DNA from: Eledone cirrhosa
Taxonomy: Eukaryota
Assembly: GCA_964016885.1 (NCBI GenBank)
Contig: OZ024762.1
Span: 16,492,001-16,556,000, forward strand
Length of the DNA stretch: 64,000 nucleotides
Direction: 5' to 3'
Under the pieces are notes generated by a model that made no database searches, was not told where the DNA came from, and saw only the letters and a program-made list of their open reading frames with translations. Shown here one piece after another: positions 53,479 to 64,000 of this stretch; the stretch's first letter is position 1; every line of letters starts with the position of its first letter. The position numbers and the translations under genes were made by a program.

Positions 53479-56390
53479 AAACAGTGATATCGCATCAAAC
53501 AGTGATATCGCATCAGTGATATCGCATCAAACAGAGATATCTCATCAGTGGTATCTCATCAAACAGTGATATCTCATCAGTGGTATCTCATCAAACAGTG
53601 ATATCTCATCAGTGGTATCTCATCAAACAGTGATATCTCATCAGTGATATCTCATCAGTGGTATCTCATCAAACATTGATATCTCATCAAACAGAGATAT
53701 CTCATCAGTGATATCTCATCAGACAGTGATATCTCATCAAACAGAGATATCTCATCAAACAATGATATCTCATCAAACAATGATATCTCATCAAACAGTG
53801 ATATCTCATCAGTGGTATCTCATCAAACAGTGATATCTCATCAGTGATATCTCATCAGTGATATCTCATCAAACATTGATATCTCATCAAACAGAGATAT
53901 CTCATCAGTGATATCTCATCAGACAGTGATATCTCATCAAACAGAGATATCTCATCAAACAATGATATCTCATCAAACAATGATATCTCATCAAACAGTG
54001 ATATCTCATCAAACAGAGATATCTCATCAAACAATGATATCTCATCAAACAATGATATCTCATCAAACAGTGATATCTCATCAGTGGTATCTCATCAAAC
54101 AGTGATATCTCATCAGTGATATCTCATCAGTGATATCTCATCAAACATTGATATCTCATCAAACAGAGATATCTCATCAGTGATATCTCATCAGACAGTG
54201 ATATCTCATCAAACAGAGATATCTCATCAAACAATGATATCTCATCAAACAATGATATCTCATCAAACAGTGATATCTCATCAAACAGAGATATCTCATC
54301 AGTGATATCTCATCAAACAGTGACATTTCATCAGAGATATCTCATCAAACAGTGATATCTCATCAGTGATATCTCATCAAACAGTGATATCTCATCAGTG
54401 GTATCTCATCAAACAGTGATATCGCATCAAAGAGAGATATCTCATCAGTGATATCTCATCAGACCGTGATATCTCATCAAACAGTGATATCTCATCAAAC
54501 AGTGATATCTCATCAGTGGTATCTCATCAAACAGTGATATCGCATCAAACAGAGATATCCCATCAAACAGAGATATCCCATCAAACAGAGATATCTCATT
54601 AAACAGAGATATCTCATCAAACAGTGATATCCCATCAAACAGAGATATCTCATCAGTGGTATCTCATCAGACAGTGATATCTCATCAAACAGAGATATCT
54701 CATCAGTGATATCTCATCAGACAGTGATATCTCATCAAACAGAGATATCTCATCAAACAGAGATATCTCATCAAACAGTGATATTTCATCAGTGATATCT
54801 CATCAAACAGTGATATCTCATCAACCAATCAGTGACATTTCATCAAACATTTCCTCATATATCATCAGTGTCATTTCATCAAACAATCAATGGCATATCA
54901 TCAATCAAACATCGACATTTCATCAATCAGACATCACATCAAACAGCAATTTCATGAAACGACATTTCATCAAACAGTGACATCTCATCAACCAATCAGT
55001 GACATTTCATCAAACAATGACATTTCATCAAACAGTGACATCTCATCAACCAATCAGTGACATTTCATCAAACAGTGACATCTCATCAACTAATCAGTGA
55101 CATTTCATCAAACAGTGACATCTCATCAACCAATCAGTGACATTTCATCAAACAGTGACATCTCATCAACCAATCAGTGACATTTCATCAAACAATGAGA
55201 TCTCATCAACCAATCAGTGACATTTCATCAAACAATGACATCTCATCAACCAATCAGTGACATTTCATCAAACAGTGACATCTCATCAACCAATCAGTGA
55301 CATTTCATCAAACAGTGACATCTCATCAACCAATCAGTGACATTTCATCAAACAGTGACATCTCATCAACCAATCAGTGACATTTCATCAAACAGTGACA
55401 TCTCATCAACCAATCAGTGACATTTCATCAAACAGTGACATCTCATCAACCAATCAGTGACATTTCATCAAACAATGAGATCTCATCAACCAATCAGTGA
55501 CATTTCATCAAACAGTGACATCTCATCAACTAATCAGTGACATTTCATCAAACAGTGACATCTCATCAACCAATCAGTGACATTTCATCAAACAGTGACA
55601 TCTCATCAACCAATCAGTGACATTTCATCAAACAATGAGATCTCATCAACCAATCAGTGACATTTCATCAAACAATGACATCTCATCAACCAATCAGTGA
55701 CATTTCATCAAACAGTGACATCTCATCAACTAATCGGTGACATTTCATCAAACAGTGACATCTCATCAACCAATCAGTGACATTTCATCAAACAGTGACA
55801 TCTCATCAATCAATCAGTGACATTTCATCAAACAATGAGATCTCATCAACCAATCAGTGACATTTCATCAAACAATGACATCTCATCAACCAATCAGTGA
55901 CATTTCATCAACCAATCAGTGACATTTCATCAAACAATGACATCTCATCAACCAATCAGTGACATTTCATCAAACAGTGACATATCATCAACCAATCAGT
56001 GACATTTCATCAAACAGTGACATCTCATCAACCAATCAGTGACATTTCATCAAACAATGACATCTCATCAACCAATCAGTGACATTTCATCAAACAGTGA
56101 CATATCATCAACCAATCAGTGACATTTCATCAAACAGTGACATCTCATCAACCAATCAGTGACATTTCATCAACCAATCAGTGACATTTGATCAAACAAT
56201 GACATCTCATCAACCAATCAGTGACATTTCATCAAACAGTGACATCTCATCAACCAATCAGTGACATTTCATCAAACAGTGACATCTCATCAACCAATCA
56301 GTGACATTTCATCAATCAGTGACATCTCATCAACCAATCAGTGACATTTCATCAACCAATCAGTGACATTTGATCAAACAACATTTCCTC
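53479..56390. repeat. Intronic minisatellite: 18/14-bp units grading into a 40-bp unit
   Basis: aaacagtgatatctcatc / agtgatatctcatc up to about 54825, then aaacagtgacatctcatcaaccaatcagtgacatttcatc. Confidence 0.95.
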
Positions 56391-56445
56391 AAACACTGAC
56401 ATATTAATCAAACAGAGATGTTTAACATAAGTTTGTCAAGCTCAC

Positions 56446-56584
56446 CTTTAGCATCAGTCCCCCAGTTCAACATGAAGTCAATACCATACATTGCTCGACA
56501 TTGCGGGGAGTGAGGGATTCCCCTGGGGTAGGGTTCTTTCGTGGCAGCCAAAAATAAACCGCGGAAGCATTTAAAGATGTCTTT
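56446..56584 (-). CDS. TTLL12: TTLL12 penultimate exon, 139 bp
   Basis: ttttcAG|aaagac...gctaaag|GTgag. Translates KDIFKCFRGLFLAATKEPYPRGIPHSPQCRAMYGIDFMLNWGTDAK(G), containing the TTL-family 'RAMYGIDFML' motif. Confidence 0.93.
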
Positions 56585-56747
56585 CTGAAAAATTTGATGA
56601 AAGAAAAGAGGATTGCTGTGATATTTTAAAGAAATTAGAGCGTGCGTGTGTGTGTGCGTGTGTATATGTGCATGTGTGTGTGTGTACAAACATATACAAC
56701 TACGACATGAACAAGAAGAATGTTAAAAATATTCTCCTGTTACTTAC

Positions 56748-56816
56748 TTCAATGTCTTCCCATGGGAACTCTGGATATTGACTGTCAAACATTGGTATAA
56801 ACTCATCGTAGTTTAC
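56748..56816 (-). CDS. TTLL12: TTLL12 internal exon, 69 bp
   Basis: tgtcAG|gtaaac...attgaa|GTaagt. Translates VNYDEFIPMFDSQYPEFPWEDIE, like TTLL12 'EFIPEFEKQYPEFPW'. Absent from the ORF track. Confidence 0.92.
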
Positions 56817-56934
56817 CTGACATGACAATAAATATCATTATTATATAGGGTAGATAAAATAAAGTACCAGTAATGCACTGGGTAATTGCTGGCCTTGTGC
56901 CAAAAAAGTAGAAACAATTATTATATAGGTTGAT

Positions 56935-57585
56935 ATTAACATATTGTAATAGATATATTAGATATTGTAAAGATATTGTAATAAATATATTAGATATTGT
57001 AATATATATATATTAGATATTGTAAAGATATTGTAATATAAATATATTAGATATTGTAAAGATATTGTAATAAATATATATATTAGATATTGTAAAGATA
57101 TTGTAATATATATATATTAGATATTGTAAAGATATTGTAATAAATATATATATTAGATATTGTAAAGATATTGTAATAAATATATATATTAGATATTGTA
57201 AAGATATTGTAATATAAATATATTAGATATTGTAAAGATATTGTAATAAATATATTAGATATTGTAAAGATATTGTAATAAATATATTAGATATTGTAAA
57301 GATATTGTAATATATATATATTAGATATTGTAAAGATATTGTAATATATATATATTAGATATTGTAAAGATATTGTAATAAATATATTAGATATTGTAAA
57401 GATATTGTAATAAATATATTAGATATTGTAAAGATATTGTAATAAATATATTAGATATTGTAAAGATATTGTAATAAATATATTAGATATTGTAAAGATA
57501 TTGTAATATATATATATTAGATATTGTAAAGATATTGTAATATATATATATTAGATATTGTAAAGATATTGTAATATATATATAT
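56935..57585. repeat. Intronic AT-rich ~32-36-bp minisatellite
   Basis: tattagatattgtaaagatattgtaataaata repeated. Confidence 0.92.
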
Positions 57586-57586
57586 A

Positions 57587-57762
57587 TGTAAATGTGGTTG
57601 GTATTAAGAAGGGCATCCAGCCGTAGAAAACCTGCCAGATAGTCCTATATGAGTGAGACACGGTCACCCGCCCAACCTTGCCTCAAGTGGGACAACTCCC
57701 ATCTAACCCATGCTAGCGTGGAAAATGAACGTTAAACGAAGATGATGAGATGATGATGACGA
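57587..57762 (+). mobile_element. RTE 3' UTR-only copy in a TTLL12 intron
   Basis: gtaaatgtggttggtattaagaagggcatccagccgtagaaaa...cccatgctagcgtggaaaatgaacgttaaac(gat)n. Confidence 0.82.
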
Positions 57763-58509
57763 TATATACCTATATATATATATATAGTTATGTAATAAAC
57801 AACATAAGGCAATTATTTCATTTACCAGTGGTTTCTTAAAAGCAAAAAAATTTTGCTTTCAATCATCAGAATGAAAAAATCCTGGCGTATTTATTGACGT
57901 TGGATTTTAAAAAACCTATTTTGCTTTCAATCATCAGTTTAAGCTCTGTTACTTACATAGAGCACTCTTTTTCCTGGACTTTTCCGACGGAATTACTTCA
58001 TTTATATATATGTTTAGTGAGTTAGTCCCAGGGTTACTTACTCCAGTAAGTACCACCGGATCCCAACTACTAAATTTAATAGAAATAAGAGATAGGAGAA
58101 TTTTCATACAATTTCATTTTGTGTGAGAATTATCTCTCACTACATTTGAATAACTGAAGCATAATAAGTTTCTCAAAACGAGTATCGAAATGACTTGCGT
58201 TTATTGTAGTCCGTGAATTACATATGTGGTAAGCAAATGTATCTCGTGGTAAGACAAGGTATAATTCTGAACCATAAGATGCTTGCGCTCGATGTTGTCA
58301 GTTTGAGAGGTGCCGCCAAAAGAGAGTAAGTGAGCAAGAGAGATTGAGTGACGTCAGCACACTCCCTTATATACTGGCCAGGGGGAAGTAACTCCAATTA
58401 GTTTTTTTCTTCCCAGGCAAGGTGGCGCTAGTCGCTACAAGGCTCCCCTCCAGACGATAGTCGATAATAACCGTAAAGTCATTGTAGCGAGGAGTCGTTG
58501 AATAAGGAG

Positions 58510-58737
58510 CAATACTGTCATCATAGTTCAGCACATAAGACCATGATGTCTGTGTGTCCCTTACCTGTCTTAATGCAATATTGTCATCATAGTTCATCAC
58601 ATAAGACCATGGTGATGTCTGTGTGTCCCTTACCTGTCTTAATGCAATACTGTCATCATAGTTCATCACATAAGACCATGGTGATGTCTGTGTGTCCCTT
58701 ACCTGTCTTAATGCAATACTGTCATCATAGTTCATCA
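58510..58737. repeat. 69-bp tandem repeat spanning a TTLL12 exon/intron boundary
   Basis: About 3.3 units of caatactgtcatcatagttcatcacataagaccatggtgatgtctgtgtgtcccttacctgtcttaatg. Confidence 0.92.
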
Positions 58738-58784
58738 CAGTGAAATGTTTCTCATAGTCGTGGAAGTTGTCCAAAGAATAGGCC
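58703..58784 (-). CDS. TTLL12: TTLL12 (tubulin tyrosine ligase-like 12) internal exon, 82 bp
   Basis: Minus strand: ttcttctcttacatcAG|ggcctat...ttaagacag|GTaagg. Translates (R)AYSLDNFHDYEKHFTVMNYDDSIALRQ, matching the TTLL12 motif DDYEKHFTVMNYD as I recall it. In phase with the next exon. Confidence 0.92.
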
Positions 58785-58810
58785 CTGATGTAAGAGAAGA
58801 ATAACGGTAA

Positions 58811-61800
58811 AGTTAACATGGGGTGGCTGTAGTTGACGTGGGGTGGCTGTAGTTGACGTGGGGTGGCTGTAGTTGATGTGGGGTGGCTGTAGTTGATGTG
58901 GGGTGGCTGTAGTTGATGTGGGGTGGCTGTAGTTAAGGTGGGGTGGCTGTAGTTGATGTGGGGTGGCTGTAGTTGATGTGGGGTGGCTGTAGTTAAGGTG
59001 GGGTGGCTGTAGTTGATGTGGGGTGGCTGTAGTTGATGTGGGCTGGCTGTAGTTAAGGTGGGGTAGCTGTAGTTGATGTGGGGTGGCTGTAGTTGACGTG
59101 GGGTGGCTGTAGTTGACGTGGGGTGGCTGTAGTTGATGTGGGGTGGCTGTAGTTAAGGTGGGGTGGCTGTAGTTGACGTGGGGTGGCTGTAGTTGATGTG
59201 GGGTGGCTGTAGTTAATGTGGGGTGGCTGTAGTTGATGTGGGGTGGCTGTAGTTGACATGGGGTGGCTGTAGTTAATGTGGGGTGGCTGTAGTTGACATG
59301 GGGTGGCTGTAGTTAATGTGGGGTGGCTGTAGTTGATGTGGGGTGGCTGTAGTTAAGGTGGGGTGGCTGTAGTTGATGTGGGGTGGCTGTAGTTAAGGTG
59401 GGGTGGCTGTAGTTGATGTGGGGTGGCTGTAGTTAATGTGGGGTGGCTGTAGTTGATGTGGGGTGGCTGTAGTTGACATGGGGTGGCTGTAGTTGATGTG
59501 GGGTGGCTGTAGTTAATGTGGGGTGGCTGTAGTTGATGTGGGGTGGCTGTAGTTGACATGGGGTGGCTGTAGTTAATGTGGGGTGGCTGTAGTTGACATG
59601 GGGTGGCTGTAGTTAATGTGGGGTGGCTGTAGTTGATGTGGGGTGGCTGTAGTTAAGGTGGGGTGGCTGTAGTTGATGTGGGGTGGCTGTAGTTAAGGTG
59701 GGGTGGCTGTAGTTGATGTGGGCTGGCTGTAGTTAAGGTGGGGTGGCTGTAGTTGATGTGGGGTGGCTGTAGTTGACATGGGGTGGCTGTAGTTGATGTG
59801 GGGTGGCTGTAGTTAATGTGGGGTGGCTGTAGTTGATGTGGGGTGGCTGTAGTTAAGGTGGGGTGGCTGTAGTTGATGTGGGGTGGCTGTAGTTGATGTG
59901 GGGTGGCTGTAGTTAAGGTGGGGTGGCTGTAGTTGATGTGGGCTGGCTGTAGTTGATGTGGGCTGGCTGTAGTTGATGTGGGGTGGCTGTAGTTGACATG
60001 GGGTGGCTGTAGTTGATGTGGGGTGGCTGTAGTTAATGTGGGGTGGCTGTAGTTGATGTGGGGTGGCTGTAGTTGACATGGGGTGGCTGTAGTTAATGTG
60101 GGGTGGCTGTAGTTGACATGGGGTGGCTGTAGTTAATGTGGGGTGGCTGTAGTTGATGTGGGGTGGCTGTAGTTAAGGTGGGGTGGCTGTAGTTGATGTG
60201 GGGTGGCTGTAGTTAAGGTGGGGTGGCTGTAGTTGATGTGGGGTGGCTGTAGTTAATGTGGGGTGGCTGTAGTTGATGTGGGGTGGCTGTAGTTGACATG
60301 GGGTGGCTGTAGTTGATGTGGGGTGGCTGTAGTTAATGTGGGGTGGCTGTAGTTGATGTGGGGTGGCTGTAGTTGACATGGGGTGGCTGTAGTTAATGTG
60401 GGGTGGCTGTAGTTGACATGGGGTGGCTGTAGTTAATGTGGGGTGGCTGTAGTTGATGTGGGGTGGCTGTAGTTAAGGTGGGGTGGCTGTAGTTGATGTG
60501 GGGTGGCTGTAGTTAAGGTGGGGTGGCTGTAGTTGATGTGGGCTGGCTGTAGTTGATGTGGGCTGGCTGTAGTTGATGTGGGGTGGCTGTAGTTGACATG
60601 GGGTGGCTGTAGTTGATGTGGGGTGGCTGTAGTTAATGTGGGGTGGCTGTAGTTGATGTGGGGTGGCTGTAGTTAAGGTGGGGTGGCTGTAGTTGATGTG
60701 GGGTGGCTGTAGTTGATGTGGGGTGGCTGTAGTTAAGGTGGGGTGGCTGTAGTTGATGTGGGCTGGCTGTAGTTGATGTGGGCTGGCTGTAGTTGATGTG
60801 GGGTGGCTGTAGTTGACATGGGGTGGCTGTAGTTGATGTGGGGTGGCTGTAGTTAATGTGGGGTGGCTGTAGTTGATGTGGGGTGGCTGTAGTTGACATG
60901 GGGTGGCTGTAGTTAATGTGGGGTGGCTGTAGTTGACATGGGGTGGCTGTAGTTAATGTGGGGTGGCTGTAGTTGATGTGGGGTGGCTGTAGTTAAGGTG
61001 GGGTGGCTGTAGTTGATGTGGGGTGGCTGTAGTTAAGGTGGGGTGGCTGTAGTTGATGTGGGCTGGCTGTAGTTGATGTGGGCTGGCTGTAGTTGATGTG
61101 GGGTGGCTGTAGTTGACATGGGGTGGCTGTAGTTGATGTGGGGTGGCTGTAGTTAATGTGGGGTGGCTGTAGTTGATGTGGGGTGGCTGTAGTTAAGGTG
61201 GGGTGGCTGTAGTTGATGTGGGGTGGCTGTAGTTGATGTGGGGTGGCTGTAGTTAAGGTGGGGTGGCTGTAGTTGATGTGGGCTGGCTGTAGTTGATGTG
61301 GGCTGGCTGTAGTTGATGTGGGGTGGCTGTAGTTAACATGGGGTGGCTGTAGTTGATGTGGGGTGGCTGTAGTTAATGTGGGGTGGCTGTAGTTGATGTG
61401 GGGTGGCTGTAGTTGACATGGGGTGGCTGTAGTTAATGTGGGGTGGCTGTAGTTGACATGGGGTGGCTGTAGTTAATGTGGGGTGGCTGTAGTTGATGTG
61501 GGGTGGCTGTAGTTAAGGTGGGGTGGCTGTAGTTGATGTGGGGTGGCTGTAGTTAAGGTGGGGTGGCTGTAGTTGATGTGGGCTGGCTGTAGTTGATGTG
61601 GGCTGGCTGTAGTTGATGTGGGGTGGCTGTAGTTGACATGGGGTGGCTGTAGTTGATGTGGGGTGGCTGTAGTTAATGTGGGGTGGCTGTAGTTGATGTG
61701 GGGTGGCTGTAGTTAAGGTGGGGTGGCTGTAGTTGATGTGGGGTGGCTGTAGTTGATGTGGGGTGGCTGTAGTTAAGGTGGGGTGGCTGTAGTTGATGTG

Positions 61801-63940
61801 GGCTGGCTGTAGTTGATGTGGGCTGGCTGTAGTTGATGTGGGGTGGCTGTAGTTGACATGGGGTGGCTGTAGTTGATGTGGGGTGGCTGTAGTTAATGTG
61901 GGGTGGCTGTAGTTGATGTGGGGTGGCTGTAGTTGACATGGGGTGGCTGTAGTTAATGTGGGGTGGCTGTAGTTGACATGGGGTGGCTGTAGTTAATGTG
62001 GGGTGGCTGTAGTTGATGTGGGGTGGCTGTAGTTAAGGTGGGGTGGCTGTAGTTGATGTGGGGTGGCTGTAGTTAAGGTGGGGTGGCTGTAGTTGATGTG
62101 GGGTGGCTGTAGTTAATGTGGGGTGGCTGTAGTTGATGTGGGGTGGCTGTAGTTAAGGTGGGGTGGCTGTAGTTGATGTGGGGTGGCTGTAGTTAATGTG
62201 GAGTGGCTGTAGTTGATGTGGGGTGGCTGTAGTTGACATGGGGTGGCTGTAGTTGATGTGGGGTGGCTGTAGTTGATATGGGGTGGCTGTAGTTAATGTG
62301 GGGTGGCTATAGTTGATGTGAGGTGCTGTAGTTGACATGGCGTAGCTGTAGTTAATGTAGGGTGGCTGTAGTTAATGTAGGGTGGCTGTAGTTGATGTGG
62401 GGTGGCTTTAGTTGATGTGGGTGGCTGTAGTTAATGTAGGGTGGCTGTAGTTGATGTGGGGTGGCTGTAGTTAATGTGGGGTGGCTGTAGTTAACATGGG
62501 GTTGCTGTAGTTGATGTGGGGTGGCTGTAGTTGATGTGGGGTGGCTGTAGTTGACATGGGTGGCTGTAGTTGATGTGGGGTTGGATGATGTGTGGGGTTG
62601 TAGATGATGTGGGGTGGCTGTAGTTGACATGGGTGGCTGTAGTTGATGTGGGGTTGTAGTTGATGTGGGGTTGTAGATGATGTGGGGTGGCTGTAGTTAA
62701 TGTGGGGTGTCTGTAGTTAACATGGGGTGGCTGTAGTTGATGTGGGGTGGCTGTAGTTGATGTGAGGTGCTGTAGTTGATATGGGGTGGCTGTAGTTAAT
62801 GTGGGGTGGCTGTAGTTAACATGGAGTGACTGTAGTTGACATGGGATAGCTGTAGTTAATGTGGGGTGGCTGTAGTTGGCATGGGTGGCTGTAGTTGATA
62901 TGGGGTGGCTGTAGTTGATATGGGGTGGCTGTAGTTGATGTGGGCTGGCTGTAGTTGATGTGGGGTGGCTGTAGTTGATGTGGGGTGGCTGTTGTTGATG
63001 TGGGGTGGCTGTAGTTGATGTGGGGTGGCTGTAGTTGAAATGGGGTAGCTGTAGTTGATATGGGGTGGCTGTAGTTGATGTGGGGTGGCTGTAGTTGATG
63101 TGGGGTGGCTGTAGTTGATGTGGGGTGGCTGTTGTTGATGTGGGGTGGCTGTAGTTGATGTGGGGTGGCTGTAGTTGATGTGGGGTGGCTGTAGTTGATA
63201 TGGGGTGGCTGTAGTTAACATGGGGTGGCTGTTGTTGATGTGGGGTGGCTGTAGTTGATATGGGGTGGCTGTAGTTGATATGGGGTGGCTTTAGTTAATG
63301 TGGAGTGACTTTAGTTAATGTGGGGTGGCTGTAGTTACTGTAGGGTCGCTGTAGTTGTTGTAGGGTGGCTGTAGTTGATATGGTGTGGCTGTAGTTAATG
63401 TAGGGTGGCTTTAGTTACTGTAGGGTGGCTGTAGTTGATGTGGGGTGGCTGTAGTTAATATAGGGTGGCTTTAGTTACTGTAGGGTGGCTGTAGTTAATG
63501 TGGGGTGGCTGTTGTTGATGTGGGGGGAGGGGGGGGGGGGGGGGGGGTTAGTTGATGTGCGGTGGTTGTAGTTAATGTGGGGTGGCTGTAGTTACTGTAG
63601 GGTGGCTTTAGTTGATGTGGGGTGGCAGTAGTTGATGTGGGGTGGTTGTAGTTAATGTAGGGTGGCTTTAGTTACTGTAGGGTGGCTGTAGTTGATGTGG
63701 GGTGGCTGTAGTTGATGTGGGGTGGCTGTAGTTGAAGTGGGGTGGCTGTAGTTGAAGTGGGGTGGCTGTAGTTGATGTAGGGTGGCTGTAGTTGATGTAG
63801 GGTGGCTGTAGTTGATGTAGGGTGGCTGTAGTTAATGAGGGGTGGCTGTAGTTGATGTGGGGTTGCTGTAGTTGATGTAGGGTGGCTGTACTTGATGTGC
63901 GGTGGCTGAAGTTAATGTGGGGTGGCTGTAATATGGGGTG
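58811..63940. repeat. 20-bp intronic satellite, ~5.1 kb
   Basis: gggtggctgtagttgatgtg with a small set of recurring variants; degenerates after about 62300. Confidence 0.97.
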
Positions 63941-64000
63941 GGTGTAGGTCATACTGGTGCCAAGACAAAAATACATCCTGTCCCTCCTGTATGTGGGGGT

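Noticed and set aside
58148-58206. aataa-CTGAAGC...tatc-GAAATG...ttatt degenerate hammerhead-like motif
   Set aside because: The core is mutated and stems II/III are poor; it may be a dead relic but cannot be supported.
58367-58819. 150-aa ORF as a standalone gene
   Set aside because: Only 58703-58784 is a spliced TTLL12 exon; the rest is intron and repeat read-through.
53479-63940. Regular short repeats as a possible CRISPR array
   Set aside because: No unique spacers and no cas genes; eukaryotic intronic tandem satellites.

Overview
Eukaryotic, AT-rich, extremely microsatellite-dense genomic DNA. The repeat repertoire (Nin/Deu-type tRNA SINEs, RTE-tailed SINEs, vast (TA)n/(CA)n tracts) suggests a mollusc, probably an octopus; this is inference. 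The only host gene I can support is the 3' end of TTLL12 on the minus strand: four small GT-AG exons at 58784-58703, 56816-56748, 56584-56446 and 53452-53304, with introns made mostly of satellite DNA. The rest is repeats: (1) a full-length, apparently intact Tx1/L1-clade LINE plus four 5'-truncated relatives, the truncated ones all in (GATA)n/(GACA)n microsatellite and three of them stacked head-to-tail; (2) an RTE LINE whose reverse transcriptase carries an internal C4HC3 PHD-type finger; (3) CR1 3' ends, SINEs, two Tc1/mariner MITEs and many minisatellites. The most striking unexplained structure is a dense set of at least 6 unrelated families of short fold-back elements embedded in (TA)n. 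They share the layout 'short inverted arm / long arm + tail', many contain hammerhead-ribozyme cores, and a Penelope-like GIY-YIG fragment with the same 5' fold-back lies among them. Nearly all listed ORFs are translations of microsatellites.
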